Origin: Lingula anatina
Taxonomy: Eukaryota; Animalia; Brachiopoda
Assembly: GCA_051362555.1 (NCBI GenBank)
Contig: CM120644.1
Span: 15,336,534-15,400,533 of the forward strand
Direction of reading: 5' to 3'
Length of the DNA: 64,000 nt
Shown here in pieces: positions 38,840 through 51,778 of the stretch. The stretch's first letter is position 1, and each line of letters opens with the position of its first letter. The position numbers were made by a program, and so were the translations under genes. The notes beneath the pieces were generated by a model, which was given only the letters and a program-made list of their open reading frames with translations, did not search any database and had not been told where the DNA came from.

Positions 38840-39410
38840 ATTGTGTGTGTGTGTTTTTTTTTGCGTGTGTGCGTGTGCGAATATTTGTGTGTGTGCGTGT
38901 GGTTGTTAGTGCGCGCGTACGTGCGTGTGTGTGTGCGGAGTGCGATAAAGAGAGATAAAGAGAGTAGCACATCCCTCCTCAAAATATTTTCATTAATTTT
39001 ATAATTTCTGCGAACTAGGTGGAAACACACAATGGCACGATGCCACGGTCCTTTACACTACATCTTGTCAACCCCTTCTGGCAGAAATGACATCATCATC
39101 CATCACCAACAACACGTAAAAAACACAGTATAAACAAACAAAAGTTAAGCACCTCGCTGATGGCGTCTGATCTGAAGGATTAGTGACGTCAAGATTCGTC
39201 TAACAAACCAATCGCTTGCCCTTTTATGAGCTAATTGTGATTAGAGGCTCAGAAAAAAACAGACGCCTTCTTGTAATGCACAATGTTACGAGTCGATAAT
39301 GTGTAAAAAATTGGGTTCCATTTTAGCACGCACGTGCTCTTACTCCACGATAAAAGCACACATACTGTAACTGAGTACATGTGTATCACCAATACGTCAC
39401 GAAGATTTTA

Positions 39411-39662
39411 AGGCATCGTTCCTAATGAATTTATATATCGTTCTATGCAGAACGATCCAACTCCGTGAGGACTATCGCCGAATGCAATCAGATTAACACG
39501 CTTCCTCTTGTTTCCAACGTAACCGTATAATCACCAGTTTGCCTGTAGCCACTCAACGCCAGGAGAAAGCGTGTTTGTCTGTTAATCCGATTGCATTCAA
39601 CAGGAGTCCGCGCGGAGTTGAATCGATCTAGGTAGAACCATTGTTTCATTGGGAATGAACCT
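39411..39662. mobile_element. Family B MITE, inverted relative to the 3445 copy
   Basis: TA|AGG...cgatccaactcc...tgcaatcag / gattgcattc...ggagttgaatcgatc...gggaatgaacCT|TA. The internal aatcaccag..caacgccaggag is the reverse complement of the 3445 interior. Confidence 0.75.
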
Positions 39663-42600
39663 TAAAACACGAACATGGGAACAAAAATGTATTTAGAAAA
39701 TGAAAAAACACGCACACAGACACAAACATGCACACACAAACACATTAACATGCACATATTGACACAGAGGTACGCAAGCGCAGGCAGAGACAAATACTCA
39801 AGCGTACACACACTTACGATGTACACACCCATGCCCAAATACCCACACTTGTTTAAGCAAATGCTAAATACACAAAATGTCTGGAAAATGTACAAAATAT
39901 AAACTTCGATCGTCAGACACTTCCATGTGACCCAGCAATGTTAACTGGGAATGCTTTCAACCATTCCACTATGATATCGGTAAAAAGAAAATTGCCTAGC
40001 CCTTAACTGCAATGAGACGACAGAGATCCAGATGGCGTTTTACTTGACCTTCCTATAATATTTTACCAGGTTACGGTGGGGTGGGGTGGGGGAGCAACAA
40101 AAAGATGCACAGTCGTAGATGTGAAGCAAGAATCTTAACATGAGCTACTCAGTGGCATCTCGTAACACCCCACAATCCTTCAGTCAGTGACTCGTCTACT
40201 TCGTCGTTAAAATCTATTTATACTGCTACAGTATATCCCTCCCATTTTCAATTGCAAAAGAGTTAACGAGAAGTCCAATTGCTCATTTTTTTCTCTCTGA
40301 AGTCGAATAAGGGGAGATGATGAAAAAATTGCGTGGAATAGGAGACTTTCTTAGAGGAACGCTTGTCGCTTGGGAATGGTTTATCACTGGAGCTGTAGAC
40401 TGAGGGATCGTTTTGATGAAAATATTGAAAAGGTTCATAATTTACATCCGTCCGTCAAATAGCTTGTTGGAGATTCACAGATTTTCTCTCAACGCGATGT
40501 TACTGTGCATGACTCAAAACAATTAATAATGCAATGGTGAGTCTCCCTAAAACGTATCGATAGACGAACGAAATAAAAGAAACGTCGCCTAGCAGCACAA
40601 AGAAACTTAAATGTCATTTAAGACTGCGATATTGTACAACGCAAAATCCAGTATTAGTCTATACTTCAGAGAATGGTTCGTGGCAAATAACAGCTTCGAC
40701 GCAACATTACTTGAATCAATAGAAAAGGCATGAAAGGCAGCTATTTATTTTGCTAAATGCCAGCGGTGACATTTTAGCTGTACAGATAGCTGTGAGCAGG
40801 TTATTTCTTCATCATCCCCATAATCTTTATCATTTGAAAATGTTTCCAATCTTTAATTATCAATAATTTCTCATTGCAATAAAAACACGAATACGTCACC
40901 AATTCCTCTTTACTTATATCCAAGATTTTTACCCCCCCCCCCCTGCCCCACTCGCCCTACTTAATATGGTTCGTTTTTTTAAATTAGATCACTCCTCTCC
41001 TACCCCAGCCTCAATCTCGATTCGGACCCGCTTCTGAACTGGTCTGCTTTGTCTCTGACCCCTCCCCCCCCGCCCACCCCACCCCACCCCATCCACTGCC
41101 CTACAGCATCCGGCAACCTTTTGGGATACCAGATTAACATAAGCCTTGCAAGCATCATTACCACTAGGGTCCTTTAAACCATCTACTAATACAGCACCAC
41201 TATGTAACTGCTTAGCAGCTTATCGCAACGAACTGTGAACGATCGATGCGCCATCCCGTGGGGACATGAGCGTTAAAGCTTCCACAATGTTCATAATACA
41301 AATGATCAATAAGTATGAATCGGATTTTAGCCTCCAACACCAAGATGTACCTGTCACATGTACCTGACTCAATGAGACGGGACTATATTAGAATGTTATA
41401 TGAACAAACCCGAGATATTAACTCTCTCAGACACCAGTTGGACCGACTTTTTCGGTCGGAAGTAAATCTGTGTGAACGGGGTTGGGATCACGACGCAATC
41501 TGCACATAACTTGTGTAAGAAAGTTACAAAAGAATAAATGTGACTATGAAGTTTAATCCCTCATAATAATAGGGGAACAGTTGACGCGTTAAAAGACCAC
41601 GGCGTCGTAAGCCCTTACTTATTGCATTATTGTGACGTAACGCGTTATTGTGACGTAACATATATCAATACCAATGCCTTGGGTCTTAATACAAAACGAC
41701 ATATGCACAAATAGACCGCACATCTGTTTCGGATCCACTGAATGCCAATGATACTGCTCATTATCCTAAATGGTCCTATGTCATGATTATAAAGCTCGCT
41801 TCCAGTTAATAATAGCTAAGAGGATGTGGTGTTCAGTTTGTGGAGTTAATTTTGGTATCTCGTGACAGCCGGGACAGAGTTAATTTGCAATTTTCGAATG
41901 CTCCAGCAGCTTTAATTTGACGGATTCATAACAAGTTCGATTTAATGTATATATCCAGTGTAATTTACTTTCTATTATTTCGGGCTTATTTGGTTATGCA
42001 ATACAGCATGACACGGATCACTTTAAAAAATATATTAAAAATTCAAACGATTCCTGGGACTTCATTCTGTGCACCTGATTATCTGGACAACCTCCTCTTC
42101 TGAAAATGTGTTTCGTTATCAAAAACCACACAGACAACGCAGTTCCCATTACGCTCATCGGCCCAAGACAAAACTCACTTGTCTTAAAGAGTTGACTCTT
42201 TACCCCCCCCCCCCCCCGCCCCCTTGATGCCCTTATTTAGATAGCGGTGAAGGAATTTATTTATCTAAACAGGTAAACACATTCAACATCTTTGTAAACA
42301 TTATCAAAGGTAAGTTTGGGTCAATGCATCCCCCCCCCCCACACACACACACACACACTGCCTGAAGAGACCGCACATGGTACATCATTTAAGAACAAAA
42401 AGGACCTAAAATCAGAAAAAAGCCGATAATTCATCTCTCGCTTAAATAAAGAAGATGAAGAAAGAGGTGGTGCGAAAATACGCGAAGCCATGTTTTATGT
42501 ATCATCCTGACTAGCTCCCATAAAATCATTCAGACACACACAAGTTTTGCCTAGTGGTATGTCAGGTCGCAACAAAAAAGAGGAATAAACAGTGGGATCC

Positions 42601-43067
42601 ATCTAGCAAATAAACTGAAAAGCAACACTTCCAAGGTTCCTCTTTTTATCTGAGGCACTTGAACTTAAAAGAGGATCGAGAACGATAACCTCCAAGGAAG
42701 AAACAACCCAAAAAGATAATGACCTTTAAAGGGCTGCAATTTTTTTCCATTTACACGCTGGAAATCAATAGAAGTGAGCTCTGTTCAGCTAATTTGGGTA
42801 GAGGCATTCTGTTGAAGTTAAGTTTTCTGTTGGCTTTGCAAAGAATGGTTTTGCAACATATTTTTATCTAAAACATTATGCACTGGATTTAATGTACTGT
42901 ATTTAACAAAACGCATCTAAAGGCAGACTTACTGACCACATACACATACACATAAACACGCACACAAACACCCACACACAAATGCACACACAATATCGCT
43001 TGTTATTATCTTTCCATCTGTACCCAACCCCCAACCTAACAACCCAAAATTACAGCCTAACCCCCCA

Positions 43068-43101
<34 letters not shown>

Positions 43102-45514
43102 TGCACACGCACACACAAACACACACCCACACACACCTCCACCACCACCACCAACAACAACAACAACGTCCGCGAACTACCTCCTAGCATTAATTCACTC
43201 ATCCCTCCCTTCTTTTCCAAACTCCATGTCAACTGTTTGACAACAAATGGCCAAAGATTCCAAAATGACTCAATAACAGTAAACATGATATACTGACTTT
43301 GTATCCCCGGTTATTCAAGTTACAAAGCCATGTTTAAAAAGAATGCGGCCAGTTCATAGAGGTCATTTTATACGCAAGGACTGCCTCGCATCTCTTGTGC
43401 TTGGACCCATTTGTGAAAAGTGCATAATACTATGACTTTAAAATGCATTTACTTAGATACGCTATCTCAAAAACAGAAACCAAGAGCTTACACACACACA
43501 CACACACACTCACACACACACACACACACACACACAGTTTAAACAAAACACACAAGCACACGCAAATAGACGCACGCCCGCATAGATTTACACACACAAG
43601 TTAAAATCCGCTTGATAACAGGCTGACCTTCAACCACTGTTTAATTTCCCAATTTCGCTTTCAGGTTTAACCAACATTTAAAATCACACATCCACAGCCG
43701 CAAGCACGTGCATTCTCCCTCAAGGTCATCCCACCGCCTGTCAAAACTCGCCAGTTGTTTATTTTTGTGGCTTTCTCTGGTACTTTTTATCTGTGCCTCG
43801 ATCAGCAATCTGCACGTGAATCAAAAATCCCGACGCACGCAAAATCTGCGTTCTGGTTAAGTGAATCATATGAAATAGAATGATAATTAGGGTATAGACC
43901 GAGTGGGTGACTGAGTCAGATCGGACTCCTATCCCTCCCCCTCCCACAAAAACACCCACGTCTCCCACGCACACGCGAAAGGCACATACTCTAACAAAGA
44001 AAGATTTTTTTCTCGTGTAGAGAGATGCATTGACAGCGAACCCTCCCCCCCTTTTTAAACCCCCTGCACACGCACGCGCAACGCTTATACGCAAGCCAGC
44101 ACGCACGCCGTGTTTTCTCCTTTCACTCGCTCCTCTCGTGTGCCAGTCAGTCTGTAACTGTCATGCAAGGGTCAAGTTGTTTTTGTCTTGTGAAGTGGAC
44201 AGGCTGACCTAACAATGATAAATTGAAACCAAGTGTCCATGCATTTCTATTATTTAGAGAGAAAATTGAATTAAGTTGGAACACCTGACTTCAACAACTG
44301 TTGCACTGACACAAAGAAAGACTGCAGCAGAAGCAAATGTAAATTTACAATAAAATGTCTCATCTAAGGACTGAAAGTCCTACATCAAATATACCTATGT
44401 CAATTGTGTCATTTTGAAAAACACAATGTGTACTCGCCAAATATCATGCACGGTTTCGGCACTAATCCAAAACAACTGCGACGACAGAGACATAAGAGAT
44501 AGACGTTTCAAAGTGCAAAACAACAATAACATGTTGAAGATTTTATCGCTACTCATTTGCGGCGGCATACCGCGATCGTTTTCCGTAACGAGGAAGACGT
44601 GAATAGGTATATACCGTGCTGTCACACGTTTGTGTGTCTCTTTTTCTTTTTATATGAGACTGTACATTGTAGCGTTTTTACTCCAACTGTTTTAATGCCT
44701 ACTACAGGAAGTGGGCAGTTTAAAAGTCAATATGAAAGTGAATATATGGTATTGCATAATTTTAATGTTTCCTTCCGCTATTTGCGAAGCCCAGGTGACC
44801 CTGCAGTTTTTCTTCGAGTTAATTAATGCAAACCGGTCTTTACTACACCTGGTCTGGTCCTGAACCCCCCTCCCCCCTCCACCGTTCATCAAAATCTTAT
44901 TTTCCCTTCTTGGCAATCCACACAAACACTTGTCATACAAGAATACCTACTTAACCTTAGATCTTATCAATATAATACCTCAAGTACGTTTTCAACAAAC
45001 AAATACGTGTCGCTAAATTTTAACTCATTATCAGATGAGGGGGTACTCTTGTATCACGACCATGTCCTGTCAACATATAAAACGGCGTGTTACTTTTGAA
45101 ACTACACAACTTTAAATGTATGTTTAAGAAGCAGTCACGGGACTGGTGCGTAAAACCGAAATTATTTATTATTTCAACCATGAGGTCAGTAAATAAATGT
45201 CGGTCGGTTAACCACAAGCGTTCTGTTTAATAAGCACACCAGTGATACAGTCTTGGGGAACGTCTAGATACAGAACAACATTTGCTTTATTAGTGGTCAG
45301 ATATGAGTACTGAGTTTGGAGATGGCTGTATTTAAACCCTAAGAGCTTCACCGTGGGATAAAATACACACTGAGAACTTCCCTCTTCTATCAGTATGCCT
45401 TTCTGCCTGTATTTGGAGAGAAGAGTTCCCTCTAAAATACTAAACTTTCAGGCCCCACTAAAATACTATACAACATTTTTGTAACAGGCTACTAGAGCAT
45501 CCTGAGGCCAGAGT

Positions 45515-45545
<31 letters not shown>

Positions 45546-47878
45546 GATTCAGTAGCTTCTCAAACTCAGGGTGCATGCCTATGACGTAATGACTAATCGA
45601 GATATTACTCCGGATTCCTTTGAAATTCCATCGCACTTCGCCAGGCCCGGCTAATTTACTATAGTATGTACTTCGTTCACAACGATTAGAGTATCGGCTT
45701 CCAAATCTAGCCAGGTATATTACGGTCTATCATAACAGTATCTCCTAACAAACATTGTGTGTCATTCAACGAGTACGGGACATAAATAATGACCGAGCAA
45801 AGATCTACACCTGATACTTAAACAACCCCTGCGTTGCGTAACGAGGAAGATGATTTAATCAGTCACCGGCGTCTTTTCGGGACGCACCTTGAAGATGACC
45901 CGTTAACGAGCGAAATCACGAGAAATGAGCCTGCTCTTTAAGAGAGAGGGAGACGCGCCCATTTGGTCTGGAGACGCTGTCGTAATGACAGAGTACGTTG
46001 ATAAACCTGAAATGCCCGTGAAACATCCTCCCAAAACCATTGTCTATCTTGCTTCCACAGGCTATGTTTTGTTCCCCTTTTCCTATTATATATATTATGA
46101 ACAACACGTGATTTGGGTACAAAACAAGTGGAGATGTTTTAAACCGCATGTTTCCTGCTTGCAGGGAACTAAGACAATTTAATTTCTTTACGCGCAGCTG
46201 TATTTTCAGACTCCGTTGGAATGAGATAAAAAAGGTCGATGTGACCTTTTTAGAATAACAAAATGGCAATAGGGATGAGGAATATTTGATATCTGATATA
46301 ATGCATTATGTTTTCATCATGTGTGTAATCAGGATGTAACCATAGATCTAATAAATACAGTCATTGTAAAAAGGGTCTCGATTTCCAAAGAGTAAATACA
46401 AGGAACGTCTGTTAACAGGGAACAAGCAACTTAAAATAACACTTATTTACTTAGCTAATGATCAATCCGTTAATATGAAACACAGAGAGCTAATCTAAAC
46501 TAATTATAACGATCGGTTGGAACAAAGTTCAGGCAGATGACAGAAATAAGTGAATGAATCATCGCCATAACAATGCGGATATGTCGATTTCGGAGTTGTC
46601 GTTTACATCGAGCTTGTCGATTTCCGCACGCTTGTTGATTTCGTCGCATGGAGATCGCTGCACTCGTGCTTTTGTCTTTTTCGTCTCATCCCCCAATGCA
46701 GCGTATCCCGTTTCGTTAATCACGAATTAGTAATATAACAGAGTGGTAAATGTATGTGTACAACACTACTTGCTTATTAAGCAGATGTTGTTGACCCGAT
46801 TGCATTCATCTGACAGTTTTCTTTTTGACTGAAATCGTCAGCAAGCCATCACTCGCCAAAAATATTGACCTTTTCATTTCACTTTGTTAAAAATAAACAA
46901 TCACTTTGTTATCGTAGCTTACACATTTAAATTTAGCAGGTTAATCTGTGAAGATAATGGATGTACCAATGAATAAATATATAACATCACAGAAAAGCTT
47001 CTATTTATATCATTCTATTTATATTAAAACGAATCCCATATTCAATCACAAGAAACATGCCGCATTATTCTCTAACACATAAATACGCATTGGCACCCCA
47101 GCCCCGAACCTGGATCATCAAATACGCGTGACCTTGGTTATTTTGTCACTGAGGAAAAAAGTTGACAACGAAATCGAACGCAAATGAAGTGATGTCATGC
47201 GGGAGTTAGTCACAAGGCAAACAATATGAATCCCGCTGTCTTTCCACATGATGGAGGCGACGGAAAATTTGTGGGTCGGAACGTGGATAATTACATCGCT
47301 CCCTTGATGATGGGGACTGAAATTATTCTGATTGCCCAGAAGCATATAGAAAGCTACAATTGAAAGCAAGCATGGCTCAGATACAAGAGAACATGCGACA
47401 ATAATGTCTCTCTGGTGTCTATATATATAGTGGTCTAATGGAAAAGAAGGAGATTCGTTACTTTGATCGGTGCATCGCATGCTTTGGGGGGGGGGGGGGG
47501 GGTCGTCGTAGGTAAAATAGCAAGGGGGTAAAGCAAAAGAGGAACTGCAGGAAGTGGGTGGGTGGGGTGGGGTGGGGTGGGGGTGGAGAGGATCATATTT
47601 GTTGTCAATGATATTGAGAGGGGGGCGGGAAACAATACTCTAAATATGTTGCTAGATATATGTCAACTGACGTTGATCTTTTTCAGATTACTTATATTCA
47701 AATAGACTCAAGCAAAGAGATGGATATGCATCTCTTTCACTCAATATACAGTGACTATGGGCCTTAATAAAATTTGAAGTCAGTCATGTATTCATGTCTT
47801 TATTCTCCCTGCAGAAAGTTTTAGATATTCTTCCATCTGTGTTTAATGCTAAGATGTTTTACAGCTATACTTCCACCA

Positions 47879-47917
<39 letters not shown>

Positions 47918-49951
47918 TATTCGGTGCACACGCGCGCGCAACCCGTCAGGATTGAGTGGCGGGGGGTGCAGCAATTTATCTTTAATCATGTGACATGTGC
48001 ACAGAAAAAAAGGAGAGGGGTGCAAATGAGTCATAAACAAAAAGTCCCTATCTCTCTCTCTCTCTCTCTCCACTTACTCAATACAAACCGCTCTGGCCAT
48101 GGATGAGTGGCTAGTCAGTATATGAATTTGACCCATAATGAGTCCGAGGGTATGACCAACTGGACCAGCGTTAAGCCTAGATGGACATCCAACACGCAGT
48201 GCCGTGCGCTATCCGATGTCCAGTCATTGTTTTTACTCACAACAAGATGACCAAGCCTCTAGTAAACGTGCTGGGCGCTATATTGTAATAGGTGGGCAGT
48301 AATTCCCCTATCAACCGTATTTGACTGAGTCAGCTGTTCAGATGGTTTTGAGTGTTAGAATTTTAAATAGACAAACATCAAATGAGCTTTAAAAACAAAA
48401 TCGCCTCTTTTTTGTTTTGTTTTGTTTTGTTTTTTTTTTGTTTTTTTTTTTTTTTTTGTTTTTGTTTTTGTTTTTTCGGTATTCTTTTTTTATCAATTTT
48501 AGGTCTATTAATACGTGGGTCGTATAAAACATGACCTTTGAATGGGACAGAAACTGTGTCGACAGATAAGATCTTTAAGAGCTACAAAAGTTATTTCAGA
48601 TTTTAATCTACATGACCCTAGTCGGTGGAATATTAACGCGAAGCATTGTCTTAACATTCTGTATGTTTAATTCGGGAATAATATGGGTCAAGTTGCATTC
48701 CACACATAACTTAAACAGACAATTGCACACTGAATAAAATAATAATCATAATAAAAAGAGAGTGAGAGTTTGTTTTACATAGCACACATGCCTTATTTGC
48801 AAAACACATTAAAGCAATGATAGAGAACCACAGCGTGATACGGGATAACATATCAATAGCATTACACTCGTATGCTTACGATGCTGGAAGAAAAACACAT
48901 CACAAACCGAACAGGGTAAAGAGATTCTCAAAAACCATGACACACTTATCACCGTAAATCTAAATAAGCAGTCAATAACTGCATGTGTCATCCACATACA
49001 TAAACGATTAAAATACAGTGGGAACTCTGCATACATAAATGTTATGTCGACGCCAGTTGGACCGAATTTTGCTCCAACGTGTCCCCGTCTGAACGGACCC
49101 GAAAGAATTATAAAAAATTACTGCATCATCCCGGCATTCAGAGAACACTGAACATAATCACACTAACATAATATATCTCGTCGCGTAAGAACAGCTTTCT
49201 ATTGATCCCCAAGCAACCTCCCTGGAATGAAATCCCGTTTTTCCTGCAGACTCGCATAACCAGGCCTAATTATCATTCTCACAAGAAGAAAGGGAGAAAA
49301 ACATATAAATTTACACCAGTCCCGGGGGCTTAATTTATGAAATTCATTTAATAATAGTGTTTGTTAAAAGGGGGAATGGTCAGCGTGGTCAGTTTGGACA
49401 GATTCCTCCGCCCAGTGACGGGGAGATAATGAGAAAAAGCTGCCCGTCCGGAGCCTGGTTGTAAGCGTCAGATCCGCTGATTCGGACTGCGAGAGAGGCG
49501 TGGCAGGAAAGGGCCGCATCAACAACGAAAACGTCCAGCTCTCTCCAGCGGCGCTGAGGCCAGATTTGATTTTGTCTGAGCAATATCAGTGCGGCATATT
49601 TCTGAACACATTTTAGATAAGATATCTCTAACTGGTTACGCATTTATGATACAACAAGCCTTGGTTTTGCTAATTTGGAATAAATTATTGCGTCGAAAAA
49701 TCGAGGAGATCGCTACGTGAAGAGTGAGGTTTTCTGGATTTAGGAATAACGTCGAAGTGTAAATCAAGTTTCATAGAATAGTTTAAATAAATAAAATTCA
49801 AGTCCTCGTTTCATTTGGCTTGAAGATGTAGCATAAAATCAAAACCAAGCTGTTGTTTTCTACCATGAATCAATAGCGCAGTTTCTGAAAACTATGTAGA
49901 GCGGAACAGTAAGAAAATAAACATCAGGTGTAACAGTAAAACGTGTCTTAC

Positions 49952-50458
49952 CTTGAAATCGTCTACTTCTTCCCCGACTGCCTCGATAACTCCAGTTGCC
50001 TCCCAGCCCAGAGGTGTGGGCAGCTTGAGATGGGGCTTGTAGAGGCCGCATTTGGCCATCAAATCATTGAAGTTAACACCGACAACTTTGACGCGGACCT
50101 GGACATGCTTGGCCGGGGGAGTGACCTCGTATTCCTTTTGTCTGATCTTCAACTTGTGCTTTCCGTGAAGAAACACATGACGGACCGTCGGCTTGGCGGG
50201 CTCCTCGACTTTTTCCTCCTTCTCCTTCACTGCTTCTCCGTCTTTTTTCTCGGTGCCGTTCGTCTCAGCGGCAGCATCTTCGATCTTGGTCGAAGTTTCC
50301 CCGTTCTCCTTCTTCTCCTCGGCGGCCGTGGTGTTGTTAGCTTCGTTCTTCTCCACGTTGCCCTCGGTCTTCACTGGGGCATCCTGGCCATTTTGTTCTG
50401 CAGGGGGTGCGGCTGGCTTCTGCTCTGTTTGTTCCTTGTTGTCGCTGTCTGATGCCAT
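49952..50458 (-). CDS. VAT1: VAT-1 homolog, distal alternative first coding exon (1a): acidic N-terminal extension plus GroES-like segment
   Basis: ATG at 50458 (aaaATGG), 169 codons with no stops, donor AAG|GTAAGA in phase 0. Reads VRVKVVGVNFNDLMAKCGLY...LGWEATGVIEAVGE. Splicing to exon 2 gives 513 aa. Confidence 0.88.
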
Positions 50459-51018
50459 TTTTATAATGAGAACTGACCACACAGTGCAGAGAATGTACAG
50501 TACTAGCAATGCTCTTAGCAGTGATGATCAACCGAGTGATATGCGCTCGCTTGGTTCTATACGACCGGGCCAACGTAAGCTCCGCTTGAGTGAACTAAAT
50601 ACGACTGTGATGATACAGCGACGCTGTCAGTAAGATCTCTTCCTTGCGTTTTAATCTATATGTCCTACACTAACGCCTGCCTTGAACCGTGCCTACTTGC
50701 TTTCTCTCTTCGGATGACTCGAATCTCCGCTGCTTACTGCTCTGCCCTACGCTCTTCGTCACAGGAATGTTGAACACTCAGATGCTATGCCAGAAATCTC
50801 AGTGGGCTACCCAGGGTGAACTCCGCGGGCAGATGTGTCATCCGCTGCACAAAGAGCGTTTTCATATCACCGAGTTGTCCTGAGGGGAAGAGGGTGAAAT
50901 GCGCAACGCGACAATGAGTTTTTTTTCTGATAAGGCTTGAATTAGGGCGTGTAGAATGAAATGTGCCTTGTAGCGAAATGTGTACGCGATATGTCAGTTT
51001 ATAATAGTTTGAGGGGAT

Positions 51019-51021
<3 letters not shown>

Positions 51022-51064
<43 letters not shown>
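51022..51064. repeat. (GA)n microsatellite upstream of exon 1a
   Basis: Seen directly in the sequence. Confidence 0.95.
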
Positions 51065-51070
<6 letters not shown>

Positions 51071-51747
51071 AGGAAGGAAGGGGGGATCCTGTTTACAGGG
51101 CTGAGGAAGGAGGCAAAGGGGAAGAAAGTTAATATTTGCAGGTATATAGTAGAAAGAAAGACCCTGTTTGCACTATGGAGAAAGTATTGTGGGGGAGAGG
51201 AGGGGGGGTGGAAGGAATCCTTCGTGTAGAGTGAACTCTAAAAATGTATTAATTCTCATTCCATTTATATTTTAAGAACCGGCGAAAAATAGCGGACCTG
51301 AGAAATAATTAGTCCTGGCAGTAACACAAAGAAAAAGCCAATGTTACTATTTCAAATACTCCCTACTCCAAGCGTCTAAGCAAGCGAATTCTTCTTTCCT
51401 GCAGTTTTTAAATTACGAGCATTTTAAAATTTAATATATAGGTGTCCCTTTTCATCACCGGTGCCTTTTTTGTGATGATGGCTCTCACGCAAACAGCAAC
51501 TGTCACATTAGGAGTAAAAATAACTCAAAACATATTTGGGGATATTTAAATTCAGAACATATTTCCACGATGGTGAGAAACGGAGGGCTTTCACGGTAAA
51601 CATCGGTGTTAAAATCGTACTTGGTAACTTCCGTTGTGCTATACAAAAGCAAATGAATGCCGCTCACACACATGCATACTGAAAAAAAAACATACGAAAA
51701 TCCCGGTATAAAATTTGAAATTATATAAAAACAAGATGCAAACTCCC

Positions 51748-51778
<31 letters not shown>

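Noticed and set aside
50459-50509. N-terminal extension MLVLYILCTVWSVLIIK from the ORF track, which looks like a signal peptide
   Set aside because: It begins at TTG, a bacterial-style start. The first ATG, in good context, is at 50458.
49943-50633. Plus-strand ORFs of 169 and 146 aa
   Set aside because: They are antisense shadows of exon 1a.
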